Origin: Octopus bimaculoides
Lineage: Eukaryota
Direction of reading: 5' to 3'
NCBI RefSeq assembly: GCF_001194135.2
Contig: NC_068999.1
Span: 48,712,085-48,776,084, forward strand
Length of the DNA: 64,000 nucleotides
Made by a program: the position numbers and the translations under genes. The notes beneath the pieces are model-generated. The model was not told the DNA's origin. It was given only the letters and a program-made list of their open reading frames with translations, and searched no databases. Shown in pieces: positions 13,230 through 24,976 of this stretch (positions are counted from its first letter, which is position 1; every line of letters begins with the position of its first letter).

Positions 13230-14212
13230 TTAAAAGAGAAGAGTTTTGTTGCTCAGTTTCAAAACTATTATAAGTCACTTGAATCTTCGCCATATGGTCT
13301 TTCAATCATCCTACACTAGATTTTATTGTGTGGGGAACCATGTTGGTGAAAATTCGCTTCAGCTGAATTATGTGGAAACATGTCACTGAATTAGAGGAGT
13401 AAGTCCATGTCAAAAATAACTTCTTGATAGCTTTTAGCAATTAAATATTCATTCATAATTTCAATACAGCCAAAATATCTCAACACATGGCTCCTCTAGT
13501 GACTGCAGATAGTACAAGGGAGATAATCCTTTCATAATATGAGGTGGGATTAGAAATATGAAATTGAAATTAAGGAATTATTAGAAAAAAAATGCATAGA
13601 ATTTACATATTTAATTTTGTTTGTTTGGTTTTGTTTACATATGTTTATGATGTTCATAAAATTTCTAGTCAGTGTAATCATATATATATTTCTTTATTGC
13701 CCACAGGGATGGGGCTAAACAAAAGACAAACAAGGACAGAGAAAGGGATTAAGTTGATTACATCGACCCCAGTGCATAACTGGTACTTATTTAATCAACC
13801 CTGAAAGGATGAAAGGTAAAGTTGACCTCGGCGGAATTTGAACTCAGAACGTTCAATACCGCTAAGCATTTTGACCAGCATGCTAACGATTCTGCCAACC
13901 CACCATAGTCATATATATATATAATGCTGTTTCATTCTTTTCAAAAATTGTCAGCATGGGAGACTTAAAAAAAAATCCACAGCATAACCACGACAGGCTG
14001 CTTTATTATTATTGTTGAATACCCAGGTAACAAATCTTCCTCTGTCTCAGCTCCTTATGTATTTTGGCATTCATCATCATCATCATTATAATTTAATGTC
14101 CATTTTTCCATGTTTGTATGGGTCAGACAGAATTTGTTGAGGCAGATTTTCTACGGCTGGATGCCCTTCCTGTAGTCAACACCCACTTACTTCCCACACT
14201 CTTAACCACTAT

Positions 14213-14485
14213 GCCATATGTCCATAGTGATTAAGAGCGCAGGCTACTAACCCCAAGATTCCAAGTTCGATTCCAAGCAGTGACCTGAATAATAATAACA
14301 ATGATGATGATGATGATGATGATAACATTGTAAAATACCTTAGGAATGAGAACCCTGGTTCAAAATTTCCCCAAGACACCTGATGTAGGCTGGAGGGTAT
14401 ATCAGCCAAAACGTGTTAACAACAAACAAGATGAGGACAAATATCTGTCAAATGTAAATAATGTAGATAATGTAAATAATGTACA
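14213..14485 (+). mobile_element. Second copy of the hammerhead-bearing SINE, core mutated
   Basis: Colinear with 32947-33184; the core reads CTGATGT...CAAAAC instead of CTGATGA...CGAAAC. Confidence 0.8.
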
Positions 14486-14639
14486 TAATTCCCCATCTCT
14501 TAAATATAGAACTGCTGAAGGAAAGGTTTGCAGCAAAATGTAAAATGAAATTATAAGGACAAAGTTGCCAAATCTTGCTGGAGAAATTGTTAAAATCCAT
14601 ATTGGTATAGGTTTTGAATGAACTGTTTTCACCACTACA

Positions 14640-15400
14640 GATAAAACTGTGAATGATATTCATGCACAAGGCACTCTCCTTAAAAATAATCCAGCAACAA
14701 GAGCCAATGACACAGACTCTACCTATGAATCGCCCCTATCTAAAAAGAAACTTATAAGAAACAAGGATAACCCCAAGGACAAAGAAATAAGGACCCACAT
14801 TCTGGTAGAAGCTATAGCCACTCATAATAAAAAGGAGTACTGGTGGAATGTCCCAGTGAAAACCTCAATAAAATATATGCACACCTGACCTGATATAATG
14901 ATTTGGGATAGAGAAGAGAAATTGTGTACAGTTGTGGAAATTAGCTGTCCAGTGGATGTGTTAACATAAAGCTGAAGATCAGTGGAAAAGAGAATACCTA
15001 TGCTAGACTATTGAGAAATCTACAGTTACCCTATCCAGATTACTAATTCAGGTTTATACTTGTAATTACTGAGGCACTGGGATATATAACACACTACCTA
15101 AATACCAATCTTGAGAAATTAGGCTTCTCAAAGCCAGAAAGGAGAAAGCTGATTCGAAGACTACAGATTCAGTCCATTGCTGGAACTGTAAAAATCTGTA
15201 AAACTTTCCAGAAGTTTATCATTAAATGTATATGAGCATGTCTGTATATGCAAGTATATGCATAAGATGACATACATGAAAACAAAACATGCAACTCTGC
15301 ACATATACATACATACAAAAATACTCTGTTGTTGATGTTGAGATTCCAATGAAAGATCCTTGGATCGAGGTTAGAAGCTGACACTTTCTCTATTGGCAAG
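14640..15400 (+). pseudogene. 3' end of an R4/Dong-like non-LTR retrotransposon with restriction-like endonuclease domain
   Basis: Translates with stops and frameshifts to ...EYWWNVPVKT..K..H..PDIMIWDREEKLCTVVEISCP..N.K.K...KEN.Y..LL...L..Y...ALG...L..LG...LQ.QSI.GTVKICKTF, which contains the PD-(D/E)xK-type RLE signature. Confidence 0.75.
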
Positions 15401-15422
15401 AAATCTTGAAATAATATTGAAT

Positions 15423-15810
15423 AGGTGCAGGAGTGGCTGTATGGTAAGTAGCTTGCTTACCAGCCACATGGTTCTGGGTTCAGTCACACTGCGTGGCACC
15501 TTGGGCAAGTGTCTTCTACTATAGCCTAGGGCCGACCAAAGCTGTGGATTTGGTAGACGGAAACTGAAAGAAGCCCATCGTTTATATGTATATATATATG
15601 TATATATATATGTGTGTGTGTTTGTCCCTCCAACATCGCTTGACAACCGATGCCGGTGTGTTTACGTCCCCGTTACTTAGTGGTTCGGCAAAAGAGACCG
15701 ATAGAATAAGTACTAGGCTTCCAAAGATTAGGTCCTGGGATCGATTTGCTCAACTAAAGGCGGTGCTCCAGCATGGCCACAGTCAAAAGACTGAAACAAG
15801 TAAAAGAGTA
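15423..15810 (+). mobile_element. Full-length CORE-type tRNA-derived SINE (family A, octopus OK/OR-like)
   Basis: Head GGCTGTATGGTAAG...GGTTCAGTC, CORE-like GGCACCTTGGGCAAGTGTCTT, central (AT/GT)n, tail GGCGGTGCTCCAGCATGGCC...GACTGAAACAAGTAAAAGA. The family name is from memory. Confidence 0.88.
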
Positions 15811-15973
15811 ATAATAATAACATACATACATACATAGGGATAGCTAGCTGGATGTATAGATGGCTTCACAGACTGTGTGGACCTGTTCGATTATGCCAAA
15901 CTATACAACTTATGCCAGCATGGAACAAGGTTATGATGAGGATAATGATGATGCTGATATGTGTGTGTATGTT

Positions 15974-16009
<36 letters not shown>

Positions 16010-16188
16010 TACACATACCACTTTTACAAGGAAAAGGTCAACAATGATTTTTCTTGTACATTGAGTCATAATTCAGATAATCTTCTCCTTTGTAGAAGTC
16101 AACATAAAGAATTCCANNNNNNNNNNNNNNNNNNNNNNNNNNNNNNNNNNNNNNNNNNNNNNNNNNNNNNNNNNNNNNNNNNNNNNNN

Positions 16189-16225
<37 letters not shown>

Positions 16226-17984
16226 TTGATAGATAGATAGATAGACAGGTATGCATGCAAGCATACACACTTAACTCTTATATACTCTCAGATATACCTG
16301 CATGTGTGTGTGTCTGTGTGTGTCTGTGTGCTTACGTGCATGTGGGTTCAGCAAGGGAGGTAAATAGGTATAACATATAATTTAGAAACTAACCAATCAT
16401 TTTCTTCGTACGAAATGTGGCTGAATAGGTTTTTTTTCTATAGTAATACTTACCTTGGATTGTCGGCATGGACAACAATGGAAAGCGACTGAAGAAATTC
16501 TGGATTATTTACCAAAAATATAGTTAGTTGCTGTGATATATTTGGGCAGGTATTTCCTTATAGTCACTGTTTTCTTATTGCAAACTCATTTTACTTGTGC
16601 GATTTCATTTTTGTAAATTAATTCAAATTGGTCTGGGCTGGACATGATTTGATTACTAAGACCAACATGTTCGTTAATTTCTGATAATTCTGTTTTTATT
16701 TTTATATTTCTTCATGTTTATATCGGTATATCGAACCATATTTTCATTCGGTACGAAATCATAATATATTTGTTTAGTCTCTCTGCAAAAGAAAACAATT
16801 TGAATGATCAGATTTCTGCTATCTGTTTGAAAACAAATATTAAGTCCATATAAATATTAGCTGGACTCTCTTGCTATTGGCTTTTTTTTGTTTTTTGTTT
16901 TTTTGTTAATTAACGCATCTGCATGCTACTGGGACTTAATCAGTTGTGAATAACAAATGGTTTGTTTTTCAATTGCCTTATTTTCGAATCCCCTTGTGGT
17001 GTTCCTTAGCAATATTCGTTCGATCGTCCAAATATTTTGATTTCTTCACTAAGTGAAAGTAGATAATGAGAAGTAAATATATACCAGTAGCTATTTTTAG
17101 TTAGAGGAGGGGGAATTCCCTTATCTACTTAAAGTGGTGGTGGTGGTAGTTAACAATAAATAAAAACAATGATTACTTGAGCGGGTTATGTATGAAACCT
17201 TTTGAGAGAATCGTTTTTGTTGAAATCCTAGTTAGCACTGATCGAGTAGGCTTATGATGGGAGGTGTTCCAGCCGTGACCATCCCGTTTTTTCATATCCA
17301 GGTCTACACAATCCAACGTGTCCTTCGTTTTATTAAAGACCGTAGGGATTTGATTCAAGGGAGATTTGGCTGTTATTTCTTGCAGGTTGAGTGACAACAG
17401 AGATGTTCCCTCATTGGCTCGCCCTTAAACGAGAATGGATACAAAGTCTCAGGATATATTGGGGAGAACGAATACAACGAAGTCTCGAATATATCGCATG
17501 AAATACAGGGGTCTTACATTCATACTTTATTTTTCCAAGGGCATTGATGAAGTGACAAATAAAATGAATTTCCATCTGGAAATCGAAACCGGGCCTCTGG
17601 CTCGGATCAGCGAGAAATTACTTACAAACCCGTGTTTTTGCATCAATGATTTTACACATAGGCAACAACTTTGAGATATTTAGAGAAAAAAATTGGTAAT
17701 TTAATTGTTCGTGCCCATAAAAAATTCTTATTGCTTACCGATACCTGCATCTCCTATTATAATTCCATTACCATGTTGGATACTTTAGAGAAATATTTTA
17801 GCCTTTTGTGCGCTACTTCAGCCAACTACTCAGGTTGGACTCCCTAGTTGTCAGACGTTTGTGGGAGGGATCATACCAAGTCGTATTCCATGAGTCCACA
17901 GTTGTTTCCAGTTAAACAACAAAAACTGCCATTTCAACATTTTTTTTTTGCTTCTTTTAGCCATCTCTTAAACGCCGCTAAAAG

Positions 17985-18026
<42 letters not shown>

Positions 18027-18204
18027 GTGTATGTTGTGTGTTAGGGAAATAGAGAATCGAATAATAACAATATTCATTTTTCGAAAACTTCATGTAAAAA
18101 ATAACAAGAGAAATGGTATTGATATTGAAAATGTATTAATTTTTTTCTGATATATATGTGTGTGTGTGTATACATATATTATATATATATGTATATTATG
18201 TGTG

Positions 18205-18268
<64 letters not shown>

Positions 18269-19044
18269 GAGAGAGATAGATATATATATATATACAAGCT
18301 TTTACTTGCATTTCACTCTTAGATTGTGGCCATGCTGGGGCTTCCAAAGAAATGTAGAATTAAACAATATTAATACACACTGAAAAACAATAGCATTATC
18401 ATACACACAAGCACGTATGTATGTATATGTGTATATATNNNNNNNNNNNNNNNNNNNNNNNNNNNNNNNNNNNNNNNNNNNNNNNNNNNNNNNNNNNNNN
18501 NNNNNNNNNNNNNNNNNNNNNNNNNATATATATATATATATATATATAATATGCCCACACTCATACATGATGGACTTCCATACAGTTTTCATCTACCAGC
18601 ACCTTGGATGTTTTTTGCAGTATTTCCAGGCCAGCCAGCATCTTTTTACTAAATTGATACAGGGAAACTACATTTATGTTTGTTTTATGTCCATTTTTTC
18701 CTTGTTAGCATGCACTTGTGGAATATATTATTGAGGCATTGTTTTACAGCTGGATGCCCTTTCTGTTGCTAACTCTTAACTTTCTTTCCAGTAATGAATC
18801 TCGTTTCACATATCTTTGAAGGCATGAAGCAAGTAGATAATTTGTCGACAGAAATTTTAATACCGCTAGTAACTCCTGACTTTCTTAGGATGCAAATGTA
18901 AACAAACAGACTGATACATGCACACCCACAGGCGTATACATACATACATACACACACACACTAGATTTTTTTATTAATGGATATAGGTCATTCAAATTGC
19001 CTATATTTGTAGAGTAACATCCTATTCTTCATCACAGGCAAATA

Positions 19045-19720
19045 ATGGGTTCCAAACAGAAGCAACATGCTGTCACTGAGTTCTTGATAAAGGAAGGGTA
19101 CAGGCTGTCTGGCAGTTACAGAAGGCTACAAGTTGTTTATGGAGGTGACACCATTGACAAGAGAAATGTGCATAAATCTTTGAAGAAATTTAAAGGAGGG
19201 GAAAACAGCTTTGAAGAAAAATCATGCTTTGGGAGCCTATCAATTACAATCACTGGCACAAATTGCCAGCTAGTGGACAAACCCATTCACATAGACTTGT
19301 TACACAACTGGACTGTTATCACAATGCATCACAGAAAATAGTGGAAAACTTTGGGCACTGGAAAATGAGTGTAAAGAGGGAACGTGGTTTGAAAGAGAGA
19401 AGGGTAGAATTCCTTTTAATCTACTGCAAGCATTTGAAGCCAATGAAAACCTGGGGGGGGGGGGTTCCAATCTGGTGATGGGATAAAACATGAACATTGT
19501 CTTTATGATCCAGAAACAAAGGCCCAGTCCAAAGAATGGCATCACAACTTTTCTCCAAAGTCTAAGAAGTTCAAGAGGCTATGATCACCACAGAAAATTG
19601 TGATGATTCTTTTCTTTAATGATTTTCTGAGACACAGCTATACCATGAACAACAAACAACACATTGAGATAGTAAAACAAGCTTAGAGAAGGTATTAGGA
19701 GGCAGAGACTGAATAACAAT
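19045..19720 (+). pseudogene. Mariner (DD34D) transposase remnant, N-terminal and central part
   Basis: KQHAVTEFLIKEG...RRLQVVYGGDTID...FKGGE (HTH region), then frameshifted TGDETW..YDPETKAQSKEWH-like and DFL...T.N...Y.E-like segments. Confidence 0.8.
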
Positions 19721-19740
19721 ATAGTAACAATCCACATTAA

Positions 19741-19840
19741 CCCTTTTGTTACCATATATGTGTTGAAATACGCTATCTTCGTTTCAATTAATTTTGAAAA
19801 TAATGACAGATTTAGTAAAATAACAGTCATTACTTAGCTG
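19741..19840. mobile_element. piggyBac-type MITE left end, second family
   Basis: TTAA|CCCTTTTGTTACC start directly after the mariner remnant; right TIR not found. Confidence 0.45.
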
Positions 19841-19849
19841 GTGTCATCA

Positions 19850-20260
19850 TCGTCACCATCATCATCAGTTTCATTATAAGGTACAACCCATTTACTATGC
19901 TGGCATGGGTTTGACAGGAGCTGGCCAGCTGAAGATTTGCCCAGGTTCCATGTCTGATTTGGTGTGGTCTCTACAGCTGGATGCCCTTCCTAATGCCAAC
20001 CACTTCACAGTGTGTAGTGGGTGCCTTTATGCAGCACTGGCATGGCTGTGTTTACATGGCACTGGTACAAGTGCATTTTATTTGGCACCAGCACCGGCAC
20101 CCATGAGCCCGCAAGATTAAGGATGCAAGGACAACCACATTTTTACTTGGCTTGGCATGTTTTCTCAAGTACAGTGAACTGCCAGGAGTCTCAGTCACCT
20201 GTCATCCCCTCTGTGAATCCCAACATCTGTAGATCCTTTCTCACCACTTCGTCCCACAAA
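19850..20260 (-). mobile_element. RTE-type 3'-tail repeat with (GAT)n end. Many copies: about 2215-2290, 6960-7110, 14075-14200, 21235-21350, 21695-21785, 26570-26780(+), 28870-29160, 31765-31920, 41905-42080, 44380-44560, 50080-50150, 56320-56540, 59455-59620, 60740-60900(+)
   Basis: Recurrent (ATC)n-TTTAA.GTCC..TTTCCATGCT.GCATGGGT...GGATGCCCTTCCTAATGCCAACC motif; boundaries approximate. Confidence 0.65.
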
Positions 20261-20372
20261 ATATAAATTAAGATGCAATTTTTGCTGGAAGATTTTAATT
20301 TAGATCACTTTAAAACAGGAAGTTTGTATCATAGAACCAAGGCCAGTTTCAGGCGGGTTGGTATCAAAAAGA

Positions 20373-20757
20373 GTGGAGGCGCAATGGCCCAGTGGTTAGG
20401 GCAGCGGACTCGCGGTCATAGGATCGCGGTTTCAATTCTCAGACCGGGCGTTGTGAGTGTTTATTGAGCAAAAACACCTAAAGCTCCACGAGGCTCTGGC
20501 AGAGAATGGTGGCGAACCCTGCTGTACTCTTTCACCACAACTTTCTCTCACTCTTTCTTCCTGTTTCTGTTGTGCCTGTAATTCAAAGGGTCAGCCTTGT
20601 TACACTGTGTCACGCTGAATATCCCCAAGAACTATGTTAAGGGTACACGTGTCTGTGGAGTGCTCAGCCACTTGCATGTTAATTTCACGAGCAGGCTGTT
20701 CTGTTGATCGGATCAACTGGAACCCTCGACGTCGTAAGCGACAGAGTGCCAACAACA
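20373..20757 (+). mobile_element. Full-length tRNA-derived SINE (family B), relatively young
   Basis: A box TGGCCCAGTGG, B box-like GTTTCAATTCT, (AAC)n tail, many CpGs retained, and a 13-bp TSD GGTATCAAAA(A/G)GA at 20360-20372 and 20758-20770. Confidence 0.9.
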
Positions 20758-20770
20758 GGTATCAAAAGGA

Positions 20771-21010
20771 TTAACCATGATAATACATAATCAATCACAC
20801 ATATGTGTGGCCACAAATCAGGCTATTGGCAAATTGGGCTTGGCAAACAGTGGAGTGTCTGCCATCCACTGTACAACCTGGATCTGGCACTCTCCAACTT
20901 CTCAACTTCTACCTGTTCAGTCCAGTGAAGAACAGTTTTCAGGGACAATGGTTTAATGACATGGATGATGTCAAAATGGCTGCGAAGTGTGTAACCACCT
21001 GAACCTTTTT
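20771..21010 (+). pseudogene. Mariner transposase remnant, C-terminal part, separated from 19045-19720 by nested insertions
   Basis: Decayed HPxYSPDLAPSDFxLFxPxKNxxxGxxFxDxDDVK motif (ORF track: ...YLFSPVKNSFQGQWFNDMDDVKMAA). Confidence 0.75.
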
Positions 21011-21797
21011 CAAAGAGAATTTGAGAATTAAATTCAACTTTGCTAAAAATTTATCGCTTGTGATGAAGACTATATTGCATTGTACCTTTGTATGGAGAGA
21101 GAGTTTCTCTACCAATATATGCACTTTGAATAACCTATGTCACTTAATGAAGAAGTTATGCTAACTTTCGCATTAATTTTACTATTATACTATGTATGTA
21201 TGGATGGATGGATGGATGCATGCATGTATATCATCATCATCATCATTCAACATCCGTTTTTCATGCTGGCATAGGCTGAATGATTTCTATGGTTGGGTGC
21301 CCTTCCTAATGCCAACCACTCCACAATGTTCTGGGTGCTTTTTGTGACACTAGCACCACCCATACACACACACACACACATTCTCTCTTTTATATATAAA
21401 TTGACATAAACACAAGCACTAATGTTTGTGTGTGTGTGTGAATTTTTTTATTCTTTTATTTATTTCAGTAATTTGACTGCAGCCACACAAAAATATGTGT
21501 GTGATAACTGAAAGAAGCTCATTATATACGTATGTGTGCATGTGAGATGATGTGATGGGTTTCTTTCAATTACCATCTTCCAAATCCATTCACAAGATTT
21601 TGGTTGGCCCAGAACTAGAGTAACATATGCCATTTAATAAGCAGAAACCATGTAGTTTGGAAGCAAACTTCTTAACCTCACAGCAGGCCAGTCGTCATTT
21701 AACGTCCGCTTTCCATGCTAGCATGGGTTGGACGATTTGACTGAGGACTGGTGAAACCAGATGGCTACACCAGGCTCCAATCTGATACATATATATA

Positions 21798-21831
<34 letters not shown>

Positions 21832-21864
21832 CACACATATATATACACATATATATATACATAC

Positions 21865-21896
<32 letters not shown>

Positions 21897-21922
21897 GCAT
21901 ATNNNNNNNNNNNNNNNNNNNN

Positions 21923-21980
<58 letters not shown>

Positions 21981-24976
21981 TGTACACACACATATATGCA
22001 TATACATACATACATACATAAAGAGAAATGTAAAGTATCCTGTCAGTTATCTTTCAATTATCATTTTTTTTCTTTACTATTCGATTTACCATTATTGGTA
22101 GTTTACACAAAATCCTATCGATTTCCTATTGATTCCTCTTGGAATTGTCTCAGTACTTTCTAAATTTATGCTAGCAGAATGTTGTGCAGTAGAAAAAAAT
22201 ATATATATTTAATTGTTTCTATATATTCATCTCCTGCACGACAACCCCCGTCCACCACTACTGTCTCACGTCTCCAATCATTCTTTTGAATTCAGAACTC
22301 GTGTATATGTGTGTATAAAATATGTATGTGTGTGTGTATGTATACATATATATGTATATATACACTCACATATGCACACATGTATACATCAACACATTTG
22401 TGTTTGTATGTACATATGAAATACTTTATTCATATATTTATCTGATGGTGTGTGTGTACGTGTGTCAATCGATAATGATGTGAGGTTGTGTCAGTACAGT
22501 GCACAGTCCCTTCTTCCATCCAAACATAATACTATCTCGCTGGACAGATTACTTGATAGAAAGATTTGAAGGAATGGATAGAGAGAGAGAAAAAAACGCA
22601 GCTCTAACGAGAGAGAGTGAGAGAGAATTGGCATCAGGTGCGACAACACAGAGATATAGATAGTGGTCGTTTGAATAATTAATCATGCTTCTAATAAGAC
22701 AACCTCTTAAACTCTTGTTTCTGCACCATCTTCCATTAGAAATTATTCCGTCTTTTACTGGATATTATAAACTTGAAGAGATATTTTGCTGTGTATTTTT
22801 GTGTTTTTGAGTTGCTTTTTCTTCCGATTTTTTTTTCGGTTTGTTGTTTTCTTTTGAAAACTTCAGTAAAGAAGTTTCTTAATATTTTTTAGCAAGAACT
22901 TTTTTTTCGAAAGTGTTGATTACACCCACCACCTCCTTTTAGACAATAGAAATTGAAATAAATATACCAAGTTTAAAAAACCGTCAATGGTTCTGAATTT
23001 AATTTATAGAGATAAAAAGAATTTTATCTTTTTTCTTTCGTGTCGGATTTATTATTTCTTGTCGTATCTCGTATTTTGTGGACAATTAAGTTTTGATATT
23101 GTTTTATATTTTATGGAAAATTGATTTAATTTTTTTTTCGAATAAAAATGGGGAGAATCAATAAAAAATAGTAATAAAATCGCAATAAAACGATGATTAA
23201 AAAAAAAGCAATTTTCCCGCCTCTGTACTTGTTAACCTTTTCTTCTTCAGTTTGCCAACACTCGAATTCTGGCGTGTTAAGTAGCTAGATGTAACTACGA
23301 TAGATCACGATCCTATTTGAGGTCGTTAAGAATTTATCTGGGGTTCGTCATGCCGCCCATATTTTAATAATGGTGGCAACAGAACCTTCGTCTTAGACAT
23401 AGTCGTTATTATGATCAATATTTTGTAATTTTTCGTTCAATAATTTGTCACAAAGAAGGTCTTGTATATATGCAAGTAATGTCATATTAACTTCTGAAGA
23501 ACTGAAAAAAGATTCATCAGAAATACATAATCGGGAATATTTTTGATTGAAGATAATTTTTTTTGTTAGGGTGATGTTACTAATGAATATTTCAATCACA
23601 TTGATAATCAATATTATTAGTAGCTTGGCTTTTGAATGTTTTGACTAAATTCGACACCAATTAAAAGTTGTTTTTAATTGCAAACTGCTGTATCATATTG
23701 TGGTGTTAATTCATTTCTTGTGAGCATGATAATTTTAGTTGGTGTTACTTTGAAATGGGGTTCCTCTGAAGGATGTCTGGAGTAATGTAACATGATGTGG
23801 AACTCAGAGATCAGGGAGTCTCTCTAGCTCGAACTGCAACTTCTCCGCATTGAGATATCATAATGCCAGTACTAATGGACATGTGAGTAACATGTTGCAG
23901 GAAAGAATCACAAGATAGATTCTTCAAGAAGACACTTGCCCAAGGTGCCATAGTCTCAGTTGGTGAAGGCACATGGATTACTGGTTAGGACACAGCACTC
24001 ATGATCATGAAATTGTGGTTTTGATTCAAAGACCAGGCGATGCATTGTGTTCTTGAGCAAAACCCTTCATTTCACATTGCTTCAGTTCGCTCACTTGGCT
24101 AAAGTGAGTAATCTGGCATCCCATTCAATGCAGAATGTATGCTGCACCATGGAAACCACCAGTTCTATGAGTCTATACAACTGATGAAGGATCTTTATCA
24201 TATCTGATCTTGTAGTCTCAGTTGATCACGCCTGGGAATCTAGCTAGAAACTATAATGACAGTTGCTTCTGATATGACCTTATGGAGAAGGTGCCTGAGG
24301 ACTCTATCGCCACAATCCTCCCAGGAATAGTGGGCAGAAGATAATACATGATTAACTCTAAACAACGTGAATAAATAAGCAGTACATTAGACAGAGTAAC
24401 TTGAATGTTAAAGGGTTAAATATCAGAAGATAAACTGCAATATGCAAGCAGTAGATAAAACCCATATTTAAATCAATTGAACTTTAATTTAAAAGCAAAG
24501 TTTTAATTATCATACCTTCTATTTTGGACAGAGTTTACGCATGTAGACAAAAACCCTATTTAGACTCCATGTGTTTTATCCTTAGCATAGAAAAATTAAT
24601 ACCTTCCCCTTCTACACTAATCTCAGTGAGGTAGCATGGGTTTTGGTTGCCCTCAGTAGTAGCCAAATTGGTTGCCTCCTGCCTACTTAAATGTAACATA
24701 CCTTCTACTATGGCAAACACACATATATAAAGTGGCTACCCTGTGCAGTCAGCACACTCTATGCCATACCATTGATTAATCTGATGGTTCATTAAAGTAT
24801 ACGAATGGTTCTGCATTAAAATAGTTAATGGTTTGTCCTGTCATGTAATTAATTTAACTCACATGTAATCAACTTAACACACGTTTTTGTATAAAATCAT
24901 AAATAATTTTGAAATCACTTTTTCTTTTCAGACGAGAAAACTGATTTGAATTTCAAGGGGAAGATTAAAATTAAAA

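Noticed and set aside
16446-16455. ATACTTACCT as the 5' end of a U1 snRNA gene
   Set aside because: Downstream sequence does not continue as U1 (GGCAGGGGAG...); better read as a minus-strand splice donor.
17173-17674. Short ORFs in a CpG-richer stretch as a hidden gene
   Set aside because: All frames close quickly, and part of the stretch (GAGATTTGGCTG.TATTTCT.GCAGG) recurs near 46950 and 59910, so it is an old dispersed repeat.
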